DNA from: Candidatus Iainarchaeum sp.
GTDB lineage: Archaea > B1Sed10-29 > WALL01
DNA length: 64,000 bases
Assembly (NCBI GenBank): GCA_023129115.1
Contig: JAGMCR010000009.1
Span: 1-64,000, forward strand
Reading direction: 5' to 3'
The notes below the pieces were generated by a model. It was given only the letters and a program-made list of their open reading frames with translations, did no database searches and was not told the DNA's origin. Numbering within the stretch: the first letter of the stretch is position 1; every line of letters begins with the position of its first letter. Of the stretch, positions 56,267 through 64,000 are shown piece by piece. Made by a program: the position numbers and the translations under genes.

Positions 56267-57457
56267 ATGGCGCACTCGAAAGAGAGGTACCTCTTCCGCA
56301 AGAAGCTGAAGGAACTGTCCGAAATGAAGGGACAGGGGACAGAATTGATTAGTATCTACATTACGCCCGGCTACAACGTCAGCGAGGTCACGAACAAGCT
56401 CCGCGAAGAAGCTGGCCAGGCCATGAACATCAAGAGCAAGCAGACGCGGAAAAACGTGAGTGCCGCGATTGAGCGGCTCCTGCACGCGCTGAAGAACATG
56501 AAGAAGCCGCCCGAGAACGGGCTCGCGATTTTTTCGGGAAACATCGACGACAAGGTCGAGTTGTTCTCGATTGAGCCGCCCGAGCCACTGAATATCCAGA
56601 CGTACAGGTGCGACTCACAGTTCTTTTTGGACCCGCTGTGGGACATGCTCGAGGCCAAGGAGGCGTACGGCCTGATTATTGTTGACAGGCGCGAGGCCAC
56701 GCTCGCGCTGCTGAAGGGCAAGCGCATCGAGCTAATAAAGTCCATGGGGTCGCAGGTCCCCGGAAAGCACCGCGCCGGCGGGCAAAGCAGCGTGCGTTTT
56801 GAAAGGCTTATTGAAATCGCCGCGCACGAGTGGTTCAAGAAAGTCGGCGACCTGGCGAACAAGAACTTCGAGCCCGAAGAGGTCAAGGGCGTTATTTTGG
56901 GTGGGCCGGGCCCGACCAAGCACGGGTTCCTGAACGCGGACTACCTCAGCAACAAAACCAAGAAAAAAATTGTCGCCACTGTGGACACGAGCTACACCGA
57001 CGAGTTCGGCATACGCGAGCTGATGCAGAAGTCTGGCGACGTGATGCACGACCTCGAGATAATCAAGGAAAAGAAGCTCCTCGAAAAGTTTTTGAGCGAG
57101 GCGGCGCTAGGCGGCCTGGCGGCGTACGGCGAGAAAGAGGTGCGCGAGGCGCTCACGATGGGCAAAGTGGACACACTGCTCTTGAGCGAGGAATTGATGT
57201 GGAAGCGCGTCGAGTTCAAGTGCCCCCAGTGCGGCGCAATCAAGGAGATGACGGTGAAGGAGCACATGCCACTCGTGAAGTGCGACAAGGACCACATGAA
57301 CATGGCGCCGCACGTCGAGAAGGACTTCGTGGAAGAATTGGCCGAGCTCGCGGAGCAGATGGCCAGCAAAATCGAGATGATTTCGACGGACACGCCGGAA
57401 GGGGAACAATTTAAAGAGGGGTTTGGTGGGATAGGTGCGCTCCTGAGGTTTAAATAA
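56267..57457 (+). CDS. prf1: Peptide chain release factor aRF1
   Basis: GTELIS, NIKS, YRCD, GGQS. Confidence 0.97.
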   Translation: MAHSKERYLFRKKLKELSEMKGQGTELISIYITPGYNVSEVTNKLREEAGQAMNIKSKQTRKNVSAAIERLLHALKNMKKPPENGLAIFSGNIDDKVELFSIEPPEPLNIQTYRCDSQFFLDPLWDMLEAKEAYGLIIVDRREATLALLKGKRIELIKSMGSQVPGKHRAGGQSSVRFERLIEIAAHEWFKKVGDLANKNFEPEEVKGVILGGPGPTKHGFLNADYLSNKTKKKIVATVDTSYTDEFGIRELMQKSGDVMHDLEIIKEKKLLEKFLSEAALGGLAAYGEKEVREALTMGKVDTLLLSEELMWKRVEFKCPQCGAIKEMTVKEHMPLVKCDKDHMNMAPHVEKDFVEELAELAEQMASKIEMISTDTPEGEQFKEGFGGIGALLRFK

Positions 57458-57502
57458 TATATAAGGAAAAGCTTATATATGTAAGTAATTCCTAATACCT
57501 GC

Positions 57503-58066
57503 ATGCGGCTCGACAGAGTTTTAAACGAACTGCTTGGTTCTCAAGCCAAAGTAAGGATTACAAGGGTGGTTGTCACTAACCCCCGGCTGGAGCACACCGG
57601 GAGGGAACTTGCCCTGATTGCGGAAATATCTCAACCACAAGCCAAGGAAGCGCTGGGGGTGTTGGAGACTTATGGGGTGGTTGGGAGCAGGACCGTGGGG
57701 CGGGCAATCGTGTGGAGACTAAATAAAAAAAACTATATTTACAAAGAATTGCTGCTGCCTTTGTTCACGAATGAAAAAATGGTGCTAAGGGATTTGAAAA
57801 AAGAACTTGCCCGGACTCTCGAGCCATTCTCGGAAAAAGTCATTTTATTTGGGAGCATTGCCCGGGAGGGGGGCGGGTCGTCAAGTGACTTGGACTTGTG
57901 TGTTGTCACAAAGAACAAGAAACTAGCCAAAAAAGCACTCTTGGATTTGGGGGCAGAAATTGCCAGAAAGTATAATATAGTTGTTTCGTCAGTAATTTAT
58001 TCGCCGAAAGAATACAAAACATCAAAAATAATCGAGGGGGGAGAGGCAATATGCGAACGAGGATAG
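57503..58066 (+). CDS. HTH-MNT minimal nucleotidyltransferase (antitoxin)
   Basis: N-terminal HTH; ILFGS.AR.....SDLDL; AT-rich. Confidence 0.85.
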   Translation: MRLDRVLNELLGSQAKVRITRVVVTNPRLEHTGRELALIAEISQPQAKEALGVLETYGVVGSRTVGRAIVWRLNKKNYIYKELLLPLFTNEKMVLRDLKKELARTLEPFSEKVILFGSIAREGGGSSSDLDLCVVTKNKKLAKKALLDLGAEIARKYNIVVSSVIYSPKEYKTSKIIEGGEAICERG

Positions 58067-58449
58067 TGGAAAAATTCAAGTACAATAATTTTCTTCAAAA
58101 GGCTAGAGAGTTTTATGACGAGATGAATGAGGCCCATGCAGCAAAGCGCTGGAATGCTGTTGGATTAAACGGTATTCACTGTGCAATCAGCTGCTGCGAC
58201 GCGGTGACAGTTTACTTTCTCGGCAAACGAAGTGCTGGAGAGCGACACGAAGAAGTGGTCAAACTGCTACAGCAAATAAAGGACGTCGATGAAAAAGTAA
58301 TAAAGCAGAGGATTGTGCAGATTCTTGATGTGCTGAGGTCCAAAACACGAGTGGAGTACCACGCAGAAGTATTTTCTGAGAAAGAAGCTGGCATGATAGT
58401 CAAGCAAACAAAACGGGTTTATGAATGGACAACTGGGCTACTTAAATGA
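58051..58449 (+). CDS. HEPN-domain protein (toxin partner)
   Basis: KA.EF..M..A..W.., DA, G.RH, K...EY; coupled to MNT. Confidence 0.8.
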   Translation: MRTRIVEKFKYNNFLQKAREFYDEMNEAHAAKRWNAVGLNGIHCAISCCDAVTVYFLGKRSAGERHEEVVKLLQQIKDVDEKVIKQRIVQILDVLRSKTRVEYHAEVFSEKEAGMIVKQTKRVYEWTTGLLK

Positions 58450-59519
58450 TAATCAAGCAGTCGCCGCAAGATTTTGTTGTCGAAGAAATAACTCTTGACG
58501 GGGAAGTGCTGGAGGTCGGGAAAGAATATTCTTTTTCTGGTGGGGAGGGAGAGCACCTTGTTTTTGTGCTGGAGAAGACAAACTGGGCGACTATGGGCGC
58601 GATGAAGGAATTGGGAAAGCGCTTGCATTGCTCGGAAAAGCGCTTGGGGTTCGCGGGCACCAAGGACCGGCGCGCCGTGACAACGCAGAGGTGCTCTGCG
58701 TGGAACGTGAAGAAGGAAGAGCTTGACAAAGTAAATATAAAAGACATAACGCTGAAGCCGCTCTGCTATGGCGAGCGCGTGGGGCTCGGCGACCTGTGGG
58801 GGAACAGGTTCACGATAACAGTGCGGGAGTTCGACGGCGAGGGAAAAATGCCGGAGAAAATCCCGAATTTTTTCGGGCCGCAGCGGTTTGGGGGGCAGAG
58901 GCCGATAACCCACCTCGTCGGCAAGGCGATTGTGAACGGCCAGTTCCACGACGCCGCCGACATATACCTTTTTGAGACGATGGAGGGCGACCCGGAGAGG
59001 GAAGTGCGGGAGAAATGCAGGGGCGACTACGCCCGCGCCCTCAAGGAATTCCCGATGCACCTTAAGTACGAGCGGTCGATGCTTGGCTGGCTCGCGAAGA
59101 GCCCGGGCGACTGGGTGGGTGCGCTGCGGGCATTGCCGCGGAAATTGCTGGTGATGTTCGTTCATGCTTACCAGTCGCACTTGTTCAACCGCGTGCTCGA
59201 GGAGCGGGGCATTGAGCCGAGGAAAGGGGACGTCCTTGAGGAGGGAGTGCCCACGGGCCCGCTGTTTGGCATGGAGTGCCCGCTCGCCGCCGGGGAGGCG
59301 GGCGAGATTGAGCGCCGCGTGCTTGAGGGCGAGTGGCTGGGGCTGAGGGACTTCGAAATCCACGGCATGCCTGACCTGACGAGCAAGGGCATGAGGCGGA
59401 GGCTCTGGATTGAGCCGAAGGGCTTCGAGGTGTTGGAGGGGGGCGGGAGCTGGATAAAAGTAAGGTTTTCGCTGCCGAAGGGGTGCTACGCGACTACTGC
59501 GTTAGATTACCTGAAGTAG
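58446..59519 (+). CDS. truD: tRNA pseudouridine(13) synthase TruD
   Basis: K..PQDFVVEE, AGTKDRRAVT.Q, GNRF.I, PNFFG.QRFG, F.LPKG.YAT. Confidence 0.95.
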   Translation: MIIKQSPQDFVVEEITLDGEVLEVGKEYSFSGGEGEHLVFVLEKTNWATMGAMKELGKRLHCSEKRLGFAGTKDRRAVTTQRCSAWNVKKEELDKVNIKDITLKPLCYGERVGLGDLWGNRFTITVREFDGEGKMPEKIPNFFGPQRFGGQRPITHLVGKAIVNGQFHDAADIYLFETMEGDPEREVREKCRGDYARALKEFPMHLKYERSMLGWLAKSPGDWVGALRALPRKLLVMFVHAYQSHLFNRVLEERGIEPRKGDVLEEGVPTGPLFGMECPLAAGEAGEIERRVLEGEWLGLRDFEIHGMPDLTSKGMRRRLWIEPKGFEVLEGGGSWIKVRFSLPKGCYATTALDYLK

Positions 59520-59643
59520 ATGCCTCTGGGGGGCGTCAACTGCCACCGGCTTAGGGGGGCGCCGACTGGCGCCCCCCTAGTCCATTGCGATGGCTTGGTA
59601 GTCTAACGCGAAGTTATCCTAAGCTGTTAGATTACCTTCAGTA
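59501..59643. mobile_element. About 107-bp hairpin insert bracketed by 18-bp direct repeats
   Basis: GTTAGATTACCTGAAGTA (59501-59518) vs GTTAGATTACCTTCAGTA (59626-59643), 16/18; internal TAGGGGGGCGCC-GACT-GGCGCCCCCCTA. Confidence 0.6.
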
Positions 59644-60473
59644 AGGTTTCCCGGCTCGGCAGGAATGGCCAAGAAGTACGGCAGGCCTTCCCTCAGGAGC
59701 CCTATTGTCGCGTTGACCGCTTTTTGCGAGTCGCCGGGGGCGGGCTGTATGTCTATGGTCGAGTTGCCCACGTGCACCTGTGTCGTGGGGTAGGACGGGT
59801 AGCGCAGGATTATGGACGGCTCCTCGAGGGCCTGGCGGCACTTTTCGACCGGGACTTGCGCGTTTGAGCTGTTGGTGCACGAGAGCCAGTCGCCGTCCGC
59901 CTGCACGCCGTAGACGCTCACGTTCACCCCCTCTGACGCGAGGTGGAAGACGAGCGGCACGAACGCGTCGACTGCTCCCTGGGGGTCTTCGCCGGGCTTT
60001 ACCTCGAAAAAGAAGTTCACTTCGGGGGAGTAGCCCAGCAATGCCGCCTTGAGCAGGGGGTTCCAGTGGTACGAGTAAAAGATTATGCCTGCCTGCTTGT
60101 CGCCGGCGGCGTTGTAGTCTACGTAGAGGCCTTCCGAGTTGTGCAGGAGCTTGTGGCCGTTCTCGTCAGTGGCGTAGACGCTTATTTGCTTAAGGCCGAC
60201 GTCGTCGTACGGCGAGACGAAGTAGCTGAAGAAGTAGCTGTTGCCCTCCTGCCTGTCAAGGGTGGCCTCGCGGTCCGGGAGGAGAACTGATATCTGGTTG
60301 AGCGGAATGCTGGAGTCCACGCGTATCGTGGCGTAGCCTATGGCTGCGGGCTGGGGATGGGCGGAGACATTGAGCTCGGCGCGCTCGCTGTGGGACGTGC
60401 CGAAGTACGAAGTGATGCCTATTGAAATGACGACTATAAGGGCGAGGAATATCCATTGCTTTTGTGCTTTCAT
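59619..60473 (-). CDS. Membrane-anchored extracellular protein
   Basis: N-terminal TM; N-x-S/T sequons. Confidence 0.8.
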   Translation of the reverse strand: MKAQKQWIFLALIVVISIGITSYFGTSHSERAELNVSAHPQPAAIGYATIRVDSSIPLNQISVLLPDREATLDRQEGNSYFFSYFVSPYDDVGLKQISVYATDENGHKLLHNSEGLYVDYNAAGDKQAGIIFYSYHWNPLLKAALLGYSPEVNFFFEVKPGEDPQGAVDAFVPLVFHLASEGVNVSVYGVQADGDWLSCTNSSNAQVPVEKCRQALEEPSIILRYPSYPTTQVHVGNSTIDIQPAPGDSQKAVNATIGLLREGLPYFLAIPAEPGNLTEGNLTA

Positions 60474-60498
60474 GGTATCAGCTAAGGGCTTTTTAGAA

Positions 60499-60538
60499 TA
60501 AAAAAGAAAGGGGAAAGGGACCTTATGGTCCCTTCTCC
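60499..60538 (-). terminator. Stem-loop plus U-tract terminator of the S-layer gene
   Basis: AAGGGACC-ATAA-GGTCCCTT on the minus strand followed by CTTTCTTTTTT. Confidence 0.7.
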
Positions 60539-60544
60539 GGGTTT

Positions 60545-63007
60545 TTAAAGTGCCTCAATCGCAGATATGAGACTGTTCACAGCCGAAGCAGTGTCCGAAG
60601 CGGTGTAACCCGCGACGTACAGTGTGCTTCCGTCCAGCTCAGTCATCGTGGTGCCGGCACCAGTCAGCGTGCCCTCGGTCTTGCCGACCGCGAGCTTGTT
60701 GACGTAGTGGCCGCCGATAACGATGGCGTTGCCGGTTGGGCTGGTCGAGTCACTCACAACGAGGTTGCTGGAGACAGTACCGAAGGTAACTCCGGTCGCA
60801 ACAGACTCCACGTCACAGGTGAGCTCGGTCACAGTCACATCAGAGGTCACGTCGTACGGGAACGTCTTGGTTGTGTCGACGGTGAACGCACTCTCGCTCA
60901 CGCCGGTTGTCTCGCTCACGCCAGGTGTCAGGGTTGCCCTGAGCTTCGCGTTTTCCTTGAAGACCTCGACCTCAACAGTTGAGGAGTCGGTAGCCTCAAG
61001 GTTCGCGTAGGCAAGCTCTTCGTACAAGAACCTGTCTTCACCAGACTTGTCAACGCTCTGCCTGATGTAGTCGCTGAAGACTTCCCTGATGCCCTCGTAG
61101 TCGCCACTTGCAGTCACGTCGTAGACGAAGCCGTGTACCGCGCTTCCAGGCGCGCGATAGATGGCCGCCACTAAGGTGTTGTTCTCGTAGACATACTCAT
61201 GGCCCCCAGTGGTGATGTTGGTATAGTTGGTCCAGTTCCACATTGGGCCGGGCCACCACAGGTCATAGTAGTCACTCGTGATGTTCTGGTCTGCACCACT
61301 CATCACGTAGATGACGTCTTCACTGCCGTAGTCCATGTAGTCGCCCGAGGTCAGAGAGATGTTGACGTTCTGTGTTCCCTGGTTGGTGCTGACGGCTATT
61401 TCTTCCCAGATAAGCTGTGCGCCAGCCGTTGTGTTGTCGTAGCCAAGGAAGAACGGTCCAACTGCATTGACTGCCGCCATCTCGTTGTCACCCTTCGCGT
61501 TGGCAGCTGTTATGTTGCCGTAGTTTGAGAGGGTGTACTTGATGTCGTTCAGCTTCACGTAACTCTTCGCCTGGTTGGGGGCCGACCTATAGTAAATGGT
61601 GTCAATCTTGATTGGCTGTTCATTTGCTATAAAGTAGTCGCCCGACCTGAGCGGGAAGTAACCAATCTGGTTGATGGTGTGGTTGGTGAAGTTGTCCGCA
61701 TAACCAACATAGGCGCTGGCATTCTCTGCCAAGAACGTCTGGCCGCGGTAGTCAGAGTCGTCCCACATGTCGACGGTGTACTGGTTCTCGTAGGTGTCCG
61801 AGTACGTCAGCTCGTCAATGATGTACCTGTCGCTCGACTCAGTGCCATGGATGGTAAACTTGTCCACCTCAATCTCGTTGCGGTCTGCGTTTGTTCCGGC
61901 GTACTTCAGGGTGAAGTACCCCTTCGGGCCGACAATCTCGGTCACCATATCGTTCTTCCCGTAGTTCTTGTTCAAGTAGAGGTCTACGTAGTTGGTGTTG
62001 GGTGGTGCGTTAACAATGTCGACCTTCCAGATGTCGCTGCCGGGGAACTTGTCGTTGTCAATTAGCTTCAGCAGCTCGCCGCCAACGCGGAGGGTTGCCG
62101 AGCCGCCCTGTCCAGGCGTGTAGGACTTCTGGACCGACTGCAGGTAGGTGTAGAAACCACCCTGGGTCGCGTCCTGGTTGTTGCCTGTGTCGAGCTGCGT
62201 GCTCACCGGGCTGGTAAGGTCGCCGCCGCTCACGGTCACTGTTGCATAACCAACGTTGACCACGCCGGTTTCGTCCAGGCTCGCGCTGTCGAGCGTGACC
62301 GTGTAGGTCAGGTCGCCGACAGTCACGTCAGTGCTCTGTCCGATACCGAGGCTGACTTTCTCGCCCTTGACCAGGTGCATCTCGTTGGACGTCATCTTGT
62401 TCACGACATACGTCTCGCCGAGGAACACAATCTCGAGAGTCTGGTTCAGCTTGTTGTCCGAGTACGGGAAGTTCTTGATAAAGTCAAACCTGTACTTTAC
62501 CGCCGGGCTGCCGGTGTCCTCAAAGTAGACACCGTGGTGGTCCTTGTCCTCCTCGTACTGCAGGGTCACGGCATTGCTCACGTCCACGCTTTCCTTGTAG
62601 TCGTATTCCAGGTTGTTGAAGGTAAACGTGCCCTTGTGCATGCCGTGGGCTTCACCCAGGGTCAAGGAGTCAATTGCTTCGTTGACAATGGTTCCGGTAA
62701 CATCCTGATCCATATAGGTGCCTTCTGTCGGAACAGCGGAGGCGCCACTAACCTTCAGCTTGACGGTTCCGGTCGCGTCGGGGGTAACTGCCCCGCCGGT
62801 CTCGACGTATGCCTTGCGACCAATCCTAGCGGCCAAGTTGCCCGCCAAAACAGCGTCGTCAAGGGAACCGACAACAATCTGAACATTGGTGTTGCCACTT
62901 ACGTCCCAATAGAAGTCCTTTGCTGGCAGCGCAGCTAGAGCCGCACCGACAAGCAAAGCAGTACCTGCCGCCACAGCAGCTGCTTTCTTTATGTTTAGAG
63001 ACTTCAT
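60545..63007 (-). CDS. S-layer protein (Methanococcales/DPANN type with paired N- and C-terminal domains)
   Basis: MKSLNIKK signal, IVVG...D.V.A..LA; C-terminal NAIVIGG..VN...LYVAGYTA.DT; many N-glycosylation sequons; GAGGTGA SD. Confidence 0.88.
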   Translation of the reverse strand: MKSLNIKKAAAVAAGTALLVGAALAALPAKDFYWDVSGNTNVQIVVGSLDDAVLAGNLAARIGRKAYVETGGAVTPDATGTVKLKVSGASAVPTEGTYMDQDVTGTIVNEAIDSLTLGEAHGMHKGTFTFNNLEYDYKESVDVSNAVTLQYEEDKDHHGVYFEDTGSPAVKYRFDFIKNFPYSDNKLNQTLEIVFLGETYVVNKMTSNEMHLVKGEKVSLGIGQSTDVTVGDLTYTVTLDSASLDETGVVNVGYATVTVSGGDLTSPVSTQLDTGNNQDATQGGFYTYLQSVQKSYTPGQGGSATLRVGGELLKLIDNDKFPGSDIWKVDIVNAPPNTNYVDLYLNKNYGKNDMVTEIVGPKGYFTLKYAGTNADRNEIEVDKFTIHGTESSDRYIIDELTYSDTYENQYTVDMWDDSDYRGQTFLAENASAYVGYADNFTNHTINQIGYFPLRSGDYFIANEQPIKIDTIYYRSAPNQAKSYVKLNDIKYTLSNYGNITAANAKGDNEMAAVNAVGPFFLGYDNTTAGAQLIWEEIAVSTNQGTQNVNISLTSGDYMDYGSEDVIYVMSGADQNITSDYYDLWWPGPMWNWTNYTNITTGGHEYVYENNTLVAAIYRAPGSAVHGFVYDVTASGDYEGIREVFSDYIRQSVDKSGEDRFLYEELAYANLEATDSSTVEVEVFKENAKLRATLTPGVSETTGVSESAFTVDTTKTFPYDVTSDVTVTELTCDVESVATGVTFGTVSSNLVVSDSTSPTGNAIVIGGHYVNKLAVGKTEGTLTGAGTTMTELDGSTLYVAGYTASDTASAVNSLISAIEAL

Positions 63008-63043
63008 TTGTTTTTTCACCTCATGCATCTGTAAAAAGATTTA

Positions 63044-63077
63044 CATCAAGGATAGAGCAAGAGCCCTACCCTTGGTG
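63044..63077 (-). promoter_or_regulatory. 5' terminal hairpin of S-layer mRNA
   Basis: CAAGGGUAGGGC-UCUU-GCUCUAUCCUUG with G-U pairs on the transcribed strand; TATA TTTATAAA at 63096-63103. Confidence 0.55.
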
Positions 63078-63200
63078 AGCATAAATCACACTCCATTTAT
63101 AAACATATCGCTTTATTATCGTCATTTTGCGAATATTTGGGTTTAAAGGGGTGTTGCCTGTTTGATGGATTCAGACCTATATAAGCCTATTTAAAAGCCC

Positions 63201-63836
63201 TCATTTTATGAAGATTTCCTTGCTTTGCTTGCGGTATTCCTTGATTGCGAGGTCTTTCTGGACCAAATTGGCTGCATAGGCCTGGAGGACTGAGGCTATA
63301 TCCATGAGGATGCCCTGGGCCTCATTGGGGCTGATTGTGTACTCTTCCATGGGCTCCAGCTCTATTGAAGAGGGCCCATACGTCAAAACGAAGTAAACGA
63401 TGTCCTCGAGCCGCTTTGCCGCCACATCAGCTTCTATCAGGTTGGTATAGAACGCGTCTTCCTTTATAATCTCGTCCTGGAGCGTGTTGCTCACTGCCAC
63501 AATCTGGTCCTTGGCCATTTCTCCCACCATGTGCTTCGTGGCGTCCTCCAAATCCTTTTTTTTCTTGGCCTGGCCCTCAATAATGACGTGCGCCCTGAAA
63601 ATGTGTGCTTCTGTTGGTTTTTCACCCATAACTCCTCGCCTCACTGCCTCTACAGCCCTGTACTTGGTTGGGTAGCCGCCCAGCTTTTCCACTGTCCTTA
63701 GCTTAATCAGCTTGGCCAGGTCGCCCTCGAGCTCGTGGAGCGGCATCCCAAGCTCGTCCCTGAGCTCTTTCGCCGTCTTCTCGCCATCGACAAGCGCCTT
63801 GGCAATCAGTGCCTGATTGCGGCTAAACCCGGGCAT
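63201..63836 (-). CDS. TrmB-like wHTH-domain protein
   Basis: G.KTAKEL...L.M....L...L..LI....V......P..YRA. Confidence 0.7.
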   Translation of the reverse strand: MPGFSRNQALIAKALVDGEKTAKELRDELGMPLHELEGDLAKLIKLRTVEKLGGYPTKYRAVEAVRRGVMGEKPTEAHIFRAHVIIEGQAKKKKDLEDATKHMVGEMAKDQIVAVSNTLQDEIIKEDAFYTNLIEADVAAKRLEDIVYFVLTYGPSSIELEPMEEYTISPNEAQGILMDIASVLQAYAANLVQKDLAIKEYRKQSKEIFIK

Positions 63837-63872
63837 AGGGCTTTTTATAATTGGGTTTGTTTAAAAACGCTT

Positions 63873-64000
63873 ATGGTCAATCCCGCCAACTTCACGGCGC
63901 TGCCCATTGCATTTAACGAGCCGAGCGGGCTCATAGTGCTCGCCGTGGGCGCAGTCGTCGTCGTTGCCGCGTTCTACATATTCTTCCGCATAATCAAGGA
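63873..64000 (+). CDS. Membrane protein, 5' fragment (runs off window)
   Basis: MVNPANFTALP...LIVLAVGAVVVVAAFYIFFRIIK. Confidence 0.6.
   Translation, partial: MVNPANFTALPIAFNEPSGLIVLAVGAVVVVAAFYIFFRIIK

Noticed and set aside
11-63675. Many long antisense or alternative-frame ORFs in the track
   Set aside because: They overlap well-supported genes, have Arg/Pro/Ser-biased composition and show no motifs.
1-64000. tRNA, rRNA, CRISPR, transposase, integrase or provirus
   Set aside because: Intergenic gaps are short, with no cloverleaf or repeat-spacer pattern and no such protein motifs seen by eye; tRNAscan-SE or Infernal would confirm.

Overview
GC-rich archaeal chromosome segment. Gene content, S-layer type and standalone LAGLIDADG/orphan genes suggest a DPANN-type archaeon, but this is inference and no phylogeny was run. 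Most of the window is housekeeping: ftsZ-secE-spt5-(insert)-L11-L1-P0-P1/L12; AMP phosphorylase and ribose-1,5-bisphosphate isomerase; a four-subunit 2-oxoacid:ferredoxin oxidoreductase; HMG-CoA synthase/thiolase/DUF35; ADP-forming acetyl-CoA synthetase; the exosome/proteasome/RNase P superoperon; pdxST; gatDE; aRF1; truD; and an S-layer gene. I saw no tRNA, rRNA, CRISPR array, transposase or integrase. The most striking unexplained structure is non-coding. (1) A dispersed family of G-tract/C-tract hairpins (at least 8 copies) has variable but self-complementary cores. Copies occur between genes and in frame inside acidic extensions of L37Ae and PPAT. Two sit in small inserts bracketed by 18-21 bp direct repeats of the target, and one of these creates a 29-codon mini-ORF that preserves porA-porB translational coupling. 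(2) AT-richer orphan genes, including three tandem divergent paralogs between spt5 and L11, lie upstream of housekeeping genes and are bracketed by duplicated promoter/gene-end sequence. Together these hint at an uncharacterised insert-with-duplication mechanism, with no enzyme for it visible in the window. There are also several candidate operators, ribosomal-protein leaders, non-canonical start codons and a split GT-C-like membrane system.
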